This document shows, in pieces, positions 48,702 to 58,563 of a stretch of 60,029 nucleotides of DNA. Each line of letters begins with the position of its first letter. Position 1 is the first letter of the stretch. The position numbers and the translations under genes were made by a program. The stretch comes from Candidatus Colwellbacteria bacterium (GTDB lineage: Bacteria > Patescibacteriota > Minisyncoccia > UBA6257 > Colwellbacteraceae): positions 1 through 60,029 of the forward strand of contig DAIDMW010000003.1 of the NCBI GenBank assembly GCA_027448785.1, written 5' to 3'. The notes beneath the pieces are model-generated. The model worked only from the letters and a program-made list of their open reading frames with translations. It was not told where the DNA came from and searched no databases.

Positions 48702-49677
48702 TATCTTCTTGTCTGGCCAGATGGTCGAGCGCCGCCTCTTCCAGGACGCGGCCGGCCGGCGTCCGTTTTAAAAATCCCAGCTTCATCAGGTAAGGTTCGT
48801 AAACCTCTTCGATTGCCCCTTGTTCCTCGCCGCTGGCCGCGGCTAACGTCTTTATCCCGACCGGACCTTTTTTAAACTTGTCGGCCAGAAGCTCTAGGAG
48901 CCGCCTTTCCACCGGCTCCAATCCAAGTTCGTCCAGCTCCAGCATCCGCAAAACCGCGCGGGCGGTGGCAGCGTCGATTTCATCCGAATGGTTGACTGCC
49001 GCGTAATCGCGCGCTCTCTTTAAGAGCCGGTTGGCGGTGCGCGGAGTAAAGCGCGAAGCCCTAGCTAAGATTTTTAAGCCAGCTTGATCCGCCTTGACGC
49101 CTAAAATCTTGGCCGACCTTTTTAAAATATCTTCGATCTCGTTCTCGCCGTAAAAATCCAGGCGGAAGATTGCGCCGAAGCGGGAGCGTAGAGGGGCGGA
49201 GAGCATATTGAAATGCGTGGTCGCCGCTACCAGAGTGAACGGAGGCAGGTCGATCGAGACCGCGTGCGCTCCGGTGCCCTTACCGATCAAAATATGCAGC
49301 CGGCGGCTCTCCATCGCCGGATAAAGAATCTCCTCGGCGACGGGGTTCAGGCGGTGCGCCTCGTCCACAAATAAAATCTCTCCCTCCTCCAATCCGCTTA
49401 AGAGCGCGGCGAGGTCTCCGGGTTTTTCGATCGACGACCCGGTGATTACCCTGAGCGGCGCGCCCATCTCCTTCGCCACCAGGGTCGCGAGCGTCGTTTT
49501 ACCTAAGCCCGCCTGGCCGTAGAATAAAAGGTGGTCTATCGCCTCGCCGCGCAGCTTGGCCGCCTTGATAATCAGCTGTAAGTTCTCTTTAATCTTCTCC
49601 TGGCCGACATACTCCCCCCATTGACCGGGACGGAGCGCCGAATCCACCGCCCGCTCGTCGATCTCCTTCTTTTTCAC
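48676..49677 (-). CDS. ruvB: Holliday junction branch migration helicase
   Basis: LRP..EYVGQ, GQAGLGKTT, FVDEAHRL, RTPAGR. Confidence 0.97.
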   Translation of the reverse strand: MKKKEIDERAVDSALRPGQWGEYVGQEKIKENLQLIIKAAKLRGEAIDHLLFYGQAGLGKTTLATLVAKEMGAPLRVITGSSIEKPGDLAALLSGLEEGEILFVDEAHRLNPVAEEILYPAMESRRLHILIGKGTGAHAVSIDLPPFTLVAATTHFNMLSAPLRSRFGAIFRLDFYGENEIEDILKRSAKILGVKADQAGLKILARASRFTPRTANRLLKRARDYAAVNHSDEIDAATARAVLRMLELDELGLEPVERRLLELLADKFKKGPVGIKTLAAASGEEQGAIEEVYEPYLMKLGFLKRTPAGRVLEEAALDHLARQEDNDFPFEQP

Positions 49678-49725
49678 GCTTATAGCTTACGCTATCCGCC
49701 GTTAAATCGCCACCACTTACCCCCC

Positions 49726-49754
49726 TTGACAGAAAATTGATAATATGTTAGCTT
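49726..49754 (+). promoter_or_regulatory. Sigma70 promoter TTGACA-17-TAGCTT with extended -10 TG
   Basis: -35 at 49726-49731, -10 at 49749-49754; no conserved CDS downstream on this strand. Confidence 0.7.
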
Positions 49755-49760
49755 ACAAAC

Positions 49761-49900
49761 GTAAGAGCATAAGTCTGCGGGTTATGGAGATGGTCTTAGC
49801 TCTAGGACGGATTGGCTCCGGCTGGGCCGCTCCTCGGAACATCTCCTAACTTCTTCTTTATGAAGATCTATACCCAATAGCCCGCAGGCTTATGCTCTTA
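49761..49900 (+). ncRNA. Candidate structured ncRNA of unknown family
   Basis: 24-bp closing stem (49762-49785 with 49877-49900) enclosing further helices; starts 7 nt after the -10 box. Confidence 0.55.
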
Positions 49901-51232
49901 TACTTTCCACTCGATCGGGCCGGTTATTCTTTCCACCTCCTCGATCGTCGTCTCTCCCGCTAAAACCTTTAGCAGTCCGTCGGCTTGCAATCCGATCATT
50001 CCCGCCGCCTTGGCGGCTTTTTCCATTTCGCCCTCGGTCGCCCCTTTGTTGACCAGTTCCTCAAACGCGTCATCGACTTCCAAAAACTCGAAGATTCCGA
50101 TCCTTCCCTTATATCCGCCCTCACACTCGCCGCAGCCGGTGGCGGAAAAGACCTTCATCCCTTCCAACGATGGTTTGTCCACCTTTGCGGGCACCGTTGA
50201 GAGGAAGGCGGAAATCTTATTTTTCTCCTCCTCGCTTAATTGGCGCTCGGCCTTACACTTCGGGCAAAGGAGGCGAACCAGTCGCTGCGCCACGACTAAA
50301 TCCAAGGCCGGACCGATAATGCGTGGATTGACGCCGAGATCGATTAGACGGGGGACGGCACCGGCGGCATCATTGGTGTGCAGCGTGGAAAAAACCAGAT
50401 GGCCGGTTAAAGAGGCGTGCAAGCTCGTCTCAGCCGTCTCTTGGTCGCGGATCTCGCCCACCAGGATTACGTCCGGGTCCTGCCTAAGGATGGATTTTAG
50501 TCCGTTATTGAAATCGTAATTTCCGGCCTTATCGACCTGGGTTTGTTCGATTCCCGCCAAGCGGTACTCGATCGGATCCTCGATGGTGATAATTTTCAGC
50601 TCCGGATTTTGTACTTCCTTCAAGAAGGCGTAGAGACTGGTCGTCTTGCCGCTACCGGTCGGGCCGGTCACGAGGATCATCCCGTTAGGCTTCTTCAACT
50701 CTTGATTGATCAGCTCGCGGTCGTCCGCCCGTAATCCCAAATCGTCCAACTTCAACGCGATCGTCTTTGGATTTAGTATTCTCACCACCACCATCTCGCC
50801 GAACTCAGCCGGAATGGTGGAAACGCGGGCGTCGATCGTCGTGTCCGCTCTTTTCATGGAAAACCGCCCGTCCTGAGGGGAGTTGACGACGTTTATCTTC
50901 AGTCCGGAGATAAGCTTGATTCTGCTTAAAATCAGGTCGTAGATATGGCTTGGGACGACTATTAGATCGTAAAGGAGTCCGTCTAAGCGGAAGCGAAGCC
51001 GCGCCCCTTCGCGGCTGGTTTCAAAATGGACGTCGCTCGCATCCAACTCAGTGGCCAGAGAAAAGATGAGTTCGGCGGTCGAGGTAGTTGAGTAGCCGCT
51101 TCCGCTCCAGCTCGCCGCTTCCGCCTTGAGCTTTTCCTGGGCCTGGGCCAGGGTAGAAACTCCGAGCTTCTGGATCGGCAGCTCGTTTATAAGATCGCGT
51201 TCCCCTGGATTATTCTTCCCCGCCTCGGTCAT
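49898..51232 (-). CDS. GspE/PilB-family secretion/pilus ATPase
   Basis: GPTGSGKTT, TIEDPIEY, LRQDPDVILVGEIRD, tetra-Cys zinc motif. Confidence 0.93.
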   Translation of the reverse strand: MTEAGKNNPGERDLINELPIQKLGVSTLAQAQEKLKAEAASWSGSGYSTTSTAELIFSLATELDASDVHFETSREGARLRFRLDGLLYDLIVVPSHIYDLILSRIKLISGLKINVVNSPQDGRFSMKRADTTIDARVSTIPAEFGEMVVVRILNPKTIALKLDDLGLRADDRELINQELKKPNGMILVTGPTGSGKTTSLYAFLKEVQNPELKIITIEDPIEYRLAGIEQTQVDKAGNYDFNNGLKSILRQDPDVILVGEIRDQETAETSLHASLTGHLVFSTLHTNDAAGAVPRLIDLGVNPRIIGPALDLVVAQRLVRLLCPKCKAERQLSEEEKNKISAFLSTVPAKVDKPSLEGMKVFSATGCGECEGGYKGRIGIFEFLEVDDAFEELVNKGATEGEMEKAAKAAGMIGLQADGLLKVLAGETTIEEVERITGPIEWKV

Positions 51233-51309
51233 TTGTTATATAATACGCGCGAAAAAAGATTTTAGAAAATAGCAGCCGCCTTTGCGGATGAATTAATCTC
51301 TCAAAACCC

Positions 51310-51831
51310 ATGTCCGGACACAGCAAATGGTCTCAAATCAAGCACAAAAAAGAGGCGACCGACAAGAAAAGGGGCGCCTTATTCTCCAAGCTTGTGCACA
51401 ACATCCGCGTAGCCGCCAAAAGCGACCCTAACCCGGAGTTTAACCCCAGGCTGCGCACAGCGATATTGAAAGCTAAGAACGAAGGCATGCCCCAGGAAAA
51501 CATCGAGCGGGCGATCAAGAATGCCTCCGAGGCCGACGAGCTGGAGGATGTTTTAATCGAAGCTTACGGTCCGGAGGGATCGGGGATAATCATTGAGGGC
51601 GTCACCGACAATAAAAACCGTACGATTAACGAGCTGAAGTCTGTCTTCAAAGATTTCGAGGTTAAGCTCGCTCCGCAAGGAAGCTTGTTGTGGTCTTTCG
51701 AGCGCGCCGACGACGGATACAAGCCGAAATTCCCGGTCCCCGTTTCCGAACAAGCCAGGGAAAAAATAAACAAGCTGGCGGAGGAGCTGCGGGAAAGGGA
51801 GGATATAAACGAGGTTTACATCAATATTTAA
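51310..51831 (+). CDS. YebC/PmpR family protein (short form)
   Basis: MSGHSKWSQIKHKK, EAYGPEG, VTDNKNRT. Confidence 0.93.
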   Translation: MSGHSKWSQIKHKKEATDKKRGALFSKLVHNIRVAAKSDPNPEFNPRLRTAILKAKNEGMPQENIERAIKNASEADELEDVLIEAYGPEGSGIIIEGVTDNKNRTINELKSVFKDFEVKLAPQGSLLWSFERADDGYKPKFPVPVSEQAREKINKLAEELREREDINEVYINI

Positions 51832-51834
51832 AAT

Positions 51835-52323
51835 ATGGTGATTTTGGGACTCGACCCCGGGACCAGCCGCATCGGCTACGGGGTTATTGAAAAAGAGGGT
51901 CGGTTTTTGCGCTATCTGGATTGCGGCGTATTCGAAATAAAGGATTCGGGGCGCGGAGAAAAACTGGAGAAGCTGGAAAAGCTGCTACTACGCCTGATTA
52001 AAAAATACCGCCCAGGGCTGGCGGTTGTTGAATCACTTTTTTTCTCGAAAAATAAAAAAACCGCTATTGCCGTCGCCGAAGCCCGAGGCGTCATTCTCTT
52101 GTCGCTAGTCAAGCAAAAGGTAGAATTCTTAGAGGTGACGCCCAACGAAGCAAAATTAACTGTTTCCGGCTGGGGCGGAAGCGGAAAAGAAGCGGTCAAG
52201 AAAGCAGTCTTTCTTCTTTTAAAAATCAAGAAAATGAAGGTCTTAGACGACGCCACGGATGCGCTGGCCATAGCTATAACCGGGGCAATCCATTACCGGA
52301 AGCCGGTTATTGACAGAATATAA
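51835..52323 (+). CDS. ruvC: Holliday junction resolvase
   Basis: ILGLDPG, VESLFF, DDATDALAIA. Confidence 0.95.
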   Translation: MVILGLDPGTSRIGYGVIEKEGRFLRYLDCGVFEIKDSGRGEKLEKLEKLLLRLIKKYRPGLAVVESLFFSKNKKTAIAVAEARGVILLSLVKQKVEFLEVTPNEAKLTVSGWGGSGKEAVKKAVFLLLKIKKMKVLDDATDALAIAITGAIHYRKPVIDRI

Positions 52324-52387
52324 ATGTCTTTTATACTTGCCTTGTTAAATTAAATAATAAAAAGGTCGCTAAAAAACGATCCAACCA

Positions 52388-52684
52388 ATGACCGTCGAAC
52401 TTAAAAAATCGGAAGAGAAGATCTACTCTTTTTTAAATGATGATTCGGAAGACGAGGAGTTATTAAACGAGGAGGAGTGGGATGAAGAGGAAGAGGAAGA
52501 GGATGGAGATGAAGATGGAGAAGGAGACTCTTTTGAAGAAGAGGAGGAAAAGGATTTAAACGAAGACGAGTTAGGCTCCTTGGACGGCGATGAGGAGGAA
52601 GAGGAAGACGAAGACGAAGACGAAGAGTTCCCCTACGGCCGCGAGACAGGAGAAGAGGAGGAAGAGGAAGACGAAGAGTTATAA
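52388..52684 (+). CDS. Hyper-acidic small protein
   Basis: 98 aa, about 58 Asp/Glu; own promoter (TTGACA 52310, TATACT 52332) and hairpin 52703-52734. Confidence 0.7.
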   Translation: MTVELKKSEEKIYSFLNDDSEDEELLNEEEWDEEEEEEDGDEDGEGDSFEEEEEKDLNEDELGSLDGDEEEEEDEDEDEEFPYGRETGEEEEEEDEEL

Positions 52685-52786
52685 TCAACTAAACGATTTA
52701 GGAAGGAACGCTCCGCCAACACGGAGCGTTCCTTGGTTTTCATCTGCCCTTAATCGTTAAAATGAGATAATATTAAAAAGCAAATT

Positions 52787-55228
52787 ATGTGGTTTAAAAA
52801 AGCGGCTAAAATCAGCCTCTTAGTAATCATCGGGTTGGTCGCCTTGGGCTACGGCCTCTTCTTATACCTGGCGCAAGGCCTGCCGGACGTCAACGCCATT
52901 TCCTCTAATGTTATCGGCCAATCGACCAAAATATACGACCGGACCGGCACGGTTCTTTTGGCGGATATAAACGCCAACAATAATCGGGCCATAGTCTCCG
53001 GCAGCGAAATCTCTCCTTACATTAAAAACGCCACGGTGGCGATCGAAGACCAAACTTTTTATACCAGTCCGGCCTTTGATTTAAAAGGAACGATCCGCGC
53101 TCTGGTGGTCGATGTCGTCGAGGGGCGGCCGGCCGAGGGAGGGTCAACCATTACTCAGCAACTGGCGAGGAATCTTTTTCTCACCCGGCAGAAGGATATT
53201 TTAAGAAAACTGAAAGAGCTGATCCTGGCGCTGCGTCTGGAGCGCCGCTATTCAAAGAGTCAAATCTTGGATATGTACCTGAATTATGTCCCCTACGGCC
53301 CAAACATCTACGGAGTCGAGATGGCCGCCAAGGATTATTTCGGCGTCGACGCTAAAGATTTGACGGTAAACCAAGCCGCCACCCTGGCGGCAATGCCTCA
53401 GGCCCCGAGCTACTACTCACCATGGGGCAGCCACCTGAGCGATCTCCAGGCCAGGAAAAACCTAGTTCTGAAAAATATGGAGCAGCAAGGGTATATCACC
53501 TCGTCCCAGCTAACCCAGGCGGGGAGCGGGCTCCCAACCTTTCTACCGCCGATTCAAACCGGCAAGGCGCCGAACTTCGTTAATTATGTCGAGAACTACC
53601 TGACCCAGGAGTACGGGGCGAACGCTCTGGAGGTTGGTGGATTGAATGTTGTTACCACCCTCGACTGGAACGTGCAACAGATCGCCGAGACGGCGATTAA
53701 AAACGGCGTTACTCGCGACAGCCAGCTTTACGGGGGAAATAACGGCGCTCTGATAGCTGAAGATCCAAAAACAGGACAGATCCTGGCGATGGTCGGCTCG
53801 AAGGATTATTACGCGCCTTCTTACCCGACGGGATGTTCCGGATTGAGCTGCGAATTTCAAGGGCAGTTCAACGTAGCCACCCAAGGCCTGCGCCAGCCGG
53901 GTTCTTCTTTAAAGCCGTTTATCTACATGGCTCTCTTCGAGCAAGGATTCACTCCGCAGACCGTTCTCTGGGATGTTCCGACCGAGTTTACTACCGGAAA
54001 TTCCTCCTGTCCGCCGGTGGTTAATTTCAACGTTAAAAATTCCGCTTGTTACCACCCGGTCGACTTTGAAAATTACTTTTCCGGACCGGTCAGCATCGCC
54101 TACGCCCTAGCTAACTCCATCAACGTTCCGGCAGTCAAGGCTTTATATTTGCTCGGCATACCCAACGCCATCAAAACCCTCGACACTTTCGGCATCCACA
54201 CTTTAGACAACCAGCCTAATCTCGGCTTGTCTCTCGTCTTGGGCGGAGGCGAAGTCCGATTAATAGATATGGTCAACGCCTACTCGGCGCTGGCGGACAA
54301 CGGCGTTCTGCATACTCCGACCGCCATTTTGAAAGTCACCGATTCTCAAGGAAATGTTTTGGAACAATATACCAACAATGGAACACAAATTGTTAATCCG
54401 GAGTATCCGGAACTTATAAATAATATTTTATCCAATCCATCCCTGCGCGCCCCTCTCTTTGGAGCAAGTTTGGACCAAACGACGGTTTCCGGGTACCAGG
54501 TGGCCTTAAAAACCGGAACGACCAATAATTATGCTGACGCTTGGGCTTTCGGCTATACGCCGGACCTGGTCGCCGGAGTGTGGGCCGGAAATAATAATCA
54601 CCAGCCGATGCACAGCCAAGGAAGTAGTATTTTGGCGGCTGTCCCGATGTGGCACGATTTTATATCACAGGCTTTGCAATATTTTCCTCCCGACACCTTT
54701 ACCCGGCCGCAACCACAATTCATCAGTAACCCGATTCTTAAGGGCAATCTTGTTTCCGGGCAATATCACAGCATTCTTTATTATTTAGGCAGGGTAAACG
54801 ATCCTGAATTCGTTAACTGGGAGACTGGAATAAACGTTTGGCTCCAGACACACACGGTCGACACCACCAAGTTTACCTTTATAAGTCCCAGCGAATTAAA
54901 TAACCCCGCCCCTGTTCAAACCCAACCGTCTCCGTCCAATCAACAGAGCAATATTCAAATAAAGTTGGATAATCCGCAAAACGGAGTTTTTGTCAGCCAG
55001 CCACTTAGCATCACCGCCCAAATCTCCTCCCAATTACCTCTGGAGAAGATAGAAGTCTACTTAAATAATAATTTAATTGACAGCCGGTATAACAACCTTG
55101 GAAACAACTATACTTATACCGCCCAGTTGAATAATTTAACCCTTAACCAACAGAACCTACTGGTAATACGCGCGACCGACTCGACTGGAAACTACTCCGA
55201 CCAACAGGTGATCATTTTCACTAAATAG
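52787..55228 (+). CDS. Class A penicillin-binding protein with C-terminal Ig-like domain
   Basis: EDQTF, GGSTITQQL, RQPGSSLKPF, SIN, KTGT. Confidence 0.95.
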   Translation: MWFKKAAKISLLVIIGLVALGYGLFLYLAQGLPDVNAISSNVIGQSTKIYDRTGTVLLADINANNNRAIVSGSEISPYIKNATVAIEDQTFYTSPAFDLKGTIRALVVDVVEGRPAEGGSTITQQLARNLFLTRQKDILRKLKELILALRLERRYSKSQILDMYLNYVPYGPNIYGVEMAAKDYFGVDAKDLTVNQAATLAAMPQAPSYYSPWGSHLSDLQARKNLVLKNMEQQGYITSSQLTQAGSGLPTFLPPIQTGKAPNFVNYVENYLTQEYGANALEVGGLNVVTTLDWNVQQIAETAIKNGVTRDSQLYGGNNGALIAEDPKTGQILAMVGSKDYYAPSYPTGCSGLSCEFQGQFNVATQGLRQPGSSLKPFIYMALFEQGFTPQTVLWDVPTEFTTGNSSCPPVVNFNVKNSACYHPVDFENYFSGPVSIAYALANSINVPAVKALYLLGIPNAIKTLDTFGIHTLDNQPNLGLSLVLGGGEVRLIDMVNAYSALADNGVLHTPTAILKVTDSQGNVLEQYTNNGTQIVNPEYPELINNILSNPSLRAPLFGASLDQTTVSGYQVALKTGTTNNYADAWAFGYTPDLVAGVWAGNNNHQPMHSQGSSILAAVPMWHDFISQALQYFPPDTFTRPQPQFISNPILKGNLVSGQYHSILYYLGRVNDPEFVNWETGINVWLQTHTVDTTKFTFISPSELNNPAPVQTQPSPSNQQSNIQIKLDNPQNGVFVSQPLSITAQISSQLPLEKIEVYLNNNLIDSRYNNLGNNYTYTAQLNNLTLNQQNLLVIRATDSTGNYSDQQVIIFTK

Positions 55229-55263
55229 ACTATCTAACCACTTGTAGTGCGGTAGTTTATTTT

Positions 55264-56373
55264 TTATTCTCCTCCTTTGAGCGGGGCGAGAATGTACGAA
55301 TATTGTTTATCTTCGGGAGAAGAGATTAACGCTGGCCTGTTCAATCCACTTAATTTGATGACTATTTTGGTTCCATCACAGGCTTTTACTCCGTCTAGTA
55401 AAAATCGCCAATTAAATCCTATTTTAAACTCTCCAGCAACTTCTGCGGGTATTAAATAATTATTTTCTCCTAAATTACTACTTGCGGAATAAATTTCAAG
55501 ATGTTTGTCATCTTTATCCCTAATTCGTATATCATTGGTTTTAGCGGTAAAAACACTAGCTAATTTCAGGGCATTTATTAATTCATTCTTCTCCACCACC
55601 GCCTGGGATTCAATATTTTTCGGAATAATAGCCTCATAATCAGGATAAGTTCCCTCTATTAGGCGGGAAATTATTTCCACTTCTCCGGTTTTTACTAAAA
55701 CCTGATTATTTTCGATGTAAATCTTAGCTGTTTGGTCATCTTTGATGATTCTAATAATTTCATCGGCGGTTTTCAGGGGAATAATAATTCTAAACCCCTG
55801 ATTAAAAGCATTCTTAAACTGATTTTTTCCTATTATCGCTTCCGCCAAGCGAAAACTGTTGGTAGCCACCAGTTTCATTTGGTCAATCTCGGCGATGAGT
55901 AAAACCCCGCTGATTTCAGGCCTGATCTCTGAAATTTCGGCGGCTATAACCACCTTGCTTAGATTTTCTTTTAGGATACTGGAGTTTATCTCTAAATAAT
56001 TATCTTCTTCTTTTATTTTCGGAAAGATAGGAAACTCCTCCTCGCCCATACCTTGAATATTTGCTTCATAATTATCGGTTTTAATTTCGAGGTTGTTACC
56101 GGTTGATTCTAAACTTACCCTTTCGGTGGCTAAATTATTGACCAATCCGGAAAAGATAGAGTAGGGGACCGCTATTCCACCGACCTCGGTAACTTTGCCG
56201 GGGACAGCCGCGGTAATAGCTAACTCCAGATTAGTAGCCATCATTCTGATCTCCCCGTCGCTAGCCTTTAAAAGGACATTATTCAACGCTGGAAGGTTTG
56301 AGTTAGCCGTGATGGCCCGGCTTAAATAATCGAGACCTATTTTTAAATTGTTTTTTAAAGCTATTAATTTCAT
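55264..56373 (-). CDS. dnaN: DNA polymerase III beta clamp
   Basis: ATNLE, ATNSFRLAE, SRLIEGTYPDY; next to dnaA. Confidence 0.97.
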   Translation of the reverse strand: MKLIALKNNLKIGLDYLSRAITANSNLPALNNVLLKASDGEIRMMATNLELAITAAVPGKVTEVGGIAVPYSIFSGLVNNLATERVSLESTGNNLEIKTDNYEANIQGMGEEEFPIFPKIKEEDNYLEINSSILKENLSKVVIAAEISEIRPEISGVLLIAEIDQMKLVATNSFRLAEAIIGKNQFKNAFNQGFRIIIPLKTADEIIRIIKDDQTAKIYIENNQVLVKTGEVEIISRLIEGTYPDYEAIIPKNIESQAVVEKNELINALKLASVFTAKTNDIRIRDKDDKHLEIYSASSNLGENNYLIPAEVAGEFKIGFNWRFLLDGVKACDGTKIVIKLSGLNRPALISSPEDKQYSYILAPLKGGE

Positions 56374-56581
56374 TACAATATCTAATATATATATTTTTGT
56401 AGTTGTAGTTAATGGTGTTAATTTTGTGGATGAATCTATTTTTCCCTTTATTTTAAACCATTTTTCCGAAAAATTTAATTTTTATTTCCTGGGAATAAAC
56501 TGTGGAAGAAAATAACCATTTTTCTCATTGTTTGTTATTTATCATTTTTTTATTCCATTTTTTCCACAGCTTATAACTTAC
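56374..56581. other. Putative oriC (dnaA-dnaN intergenic region)
   Basis: Very AT-rich; DnaA-box-like 9-mers at 56425-56433, 56501-56509 and 56560-56568, another at 58009-58017; gene orientation switches around dnaA. Confidence 0.75.
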
Positions 56582-57940
56582 TTATTCCGCTTTATTAACC
56601 AGCTCTTTTATCATCATTATTTTTTGGTGAAGGTTAGGATTTTTTGTAAGGTCATTATCTATTTTTTTATAAGCGTAAATAGCCGTGCTATGGTCTCTTT
56701 TTCCGACTTTGCTGGCAATGTAGGGAAAAGACATATCGAGCATGTCTCTTAATAGGTAAATAGCGATCTGACGCGGTTCGACCAGCTCTTTGCTGCGCGA
56801 CCGGCCGGTCAGGTCGTTCGGCATTATTTCGAAGAAATCGGAAACGGATTTTATAATTTGGTTTGGAGAAATATTACTAACCCCTTTGTCAGTTAAATCG
56901 GCGATTATTTTTTCCAAATCATCCTGCCCCAATATTTTTCCTTTCGCAGATTGGTAAAAAACTATTTTATTTAGAATTCCCTCTATTTCTCTGACATTTC
57001 GCTGAGCTTTCTTAGCTATCAATTCCACTACTTTTTGTTCCAGTTCCAACTCTTTTTCCTGTAGTTTAGTCTTGATGATAGCCACCCGCGACTCATACTC
57101 GGGGTAGGTTATATCGGCGATCATTCCCCCTTCAAACCTGGAACGCAGCCTTTCTTCTAAGACGGGCAGGGCTTTGGGAGGGCGGTCGGAGGAGATAATT
57201 ATTTGTTTGTTATTCTCGTAGAGTGAGTTGAAAGTATAAAAAAATTCCTCTTCAGTCTTTTCTTTTCCGCCGATAAACTGAATGTCATCGATAATTAAGA
57301 CATCAACGCTGCGGTAAACTGATTTGATGTCGTCCACTCTTCGGTTGCGTATAGCCCAAATAACCTCGTTGGTGAATTTTTCGGAGGTGACGTACTTTAT
57401 TTTTACTTTATTCTTGTAAACGCTTTTTATCTCGTTGCCAATACCTTGGATGAGGTGGGTTTTCCCCAAACCGACGCCTCCGTAGATGAACAAGGGATTG
57501 TACTTAGTGCCGATGTTGTTAATTACCGCCTCGGCGGCCGAATAAGCTAGCTCATTAAAAGGCCCGACGATAAACGAGTTAAAACTGTATTTAGGATTAA
57601 GGTTGGTCTCCGGATCGATTTTTGTTTCTTGGAGAAGGAGCTGTTTTTCCGAGACTTTTTGTTCCGCCTCTTTCGACAAGACCGACGGTTTAGGAGAGGA
57701 TTCGACGATATATTCCACCCGCTTTATGGAATAATCTATGTTTTTTAAAGAGGAGATTATTAATTTATTGTATTTGTTCTCCACCCATTCCTTTGTGAAA
57801 TAATTGGGAAGGGAAACTATAACCCCGTCCTCTTTTATTTCCACCAAGCGGCTGCTCTTCAGCCAAGTAAGAAAATTAGGACGGGAAATTTGTATTTCTA
57901 ACTCGGATAAAACAGATTTCCACAGCTCCTCCTTTTCCAT
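56582..57940 (-). CDS. dnaA: Chromosomal replication initiator
   Basis: NPLFIYGGVGLGKTHL, IDDIQF, RLRSRFEGG, RDHSTAIYA. Confidence 0.99.
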   Translation of the reverse strand: MEKEELWKSVLSELEIQISRPNFLTWLKSSRLVEIKEDGVIVSLPNYFTKEWVENKYNKLIISSLKNIDYSIKRVEYIVESSPKPSVLSKEAEQKVSEKQLLLQETKIDPETNLNPKYSFNSFIVGPFNELAYSAAEAVINNIGTKYNPLFIYGGVGLGKTHLIQGIGNEIKSVYKNKVKIKYVTSEKFTNEVIWAIRNRRVDDIKSVYRSVDVLIIDDIQFIGGKEKTEEEFFYTFNSLYENNKQIIISSDRPPKALPVLEERLRSRFEGGMIADITYPEYESRVAIIKTKLQEKELELEQKVVELIAKKAQRNVREIEGILNKIVFYQSAKGKILGQDDLEKIIADLTDKGVSNISPNQIIKSVSDFFEIMPNDLTGRSRSKELVEPRQIAIYLLRDMLDMSFPYIASKVGKRDHSTAIYAYKKIDNDLTKNPNLHQKIMMIKELVNKAE

Positions 57941-58111
57941 ATGACTTAATCTTAGTCGGTCGAAAAACTAAGTCAAACACGAGCAAAAAGAGGGGTTGTC
58001 GAACAACCTGTGGATTACCTGTTAATAACCTCACGGAGCTGGAAATTTAGCCGCGGAGATGTTATAGTGACGGGCGTAGAAGTAAAAAAAGTCGCACTAA
58101 CAACCTAAATT

Positions 58112-58246
58112 ATGTCTAGGACTTATCAGCCGAAAAAGAAGAAGAGAGCCAGAACCCACGGCTTTTTGGCCAGAAAAAGCACTCCAGGCGGGCGCCGAGT
58201 ACTGCAGAGGCGGAGAACCGCCGGTCGGAAGAAGCTGGCGGTTTAA
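58112..58246 (+). CDS. rpmH: 50S ribosomal protein L34
   Basis: Not in ORF track. [44 protein letters not shown], stop overlaps the rnpA ATG. Confidence 0.97.
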   Translation: MSRTYQPKKKKRARTHGFLARKSTPGGRRVLQRRRTAGRKKLAV

Positions 58247-58563
58247 TGATTCCTAAAAAACTCCGGTTAAACGTCGCCGAGTTTCCAAGAGAGGCTCCGG
58301 TAGCGGCCAACACGGAGTATTTTTTATTGAAAGTAAAAAATAACACTCTTGATAAGTTTCGGATCGGTGTGGTGGTGAGTTTAAAAGTTTCTAAATCCGC
58401 GGTCGAAAGAAACCGGCTGCGGCGCATGGCTTTCGACGGATTGTTTTCCGCCGCTTCACACTCTTCTAAACTAAAAAATGCCGATGTTCTTTTAATCTTC
58501 AAACCGGCGGCCGCCGGCTTGTCAAAAGAAAAGCTACAAACTATTCTCCATAGATATGTCTAA
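58246..58563 (+). CDS. rnpA: RNase P protein component
   Basis: VSKSAVERNRLRR (RNR motif); conserved synteny. Confidence 0.93.
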   Translation: MIPKKLRLNVAEFPREAPVAANTEYFLLKVKNNTLDKFRIGVVVSLKVSKSAVERNRLRRMAFDGLFSAASHSSKLKNADVLLIFKPAAAGLSKEKLQTILHRYV

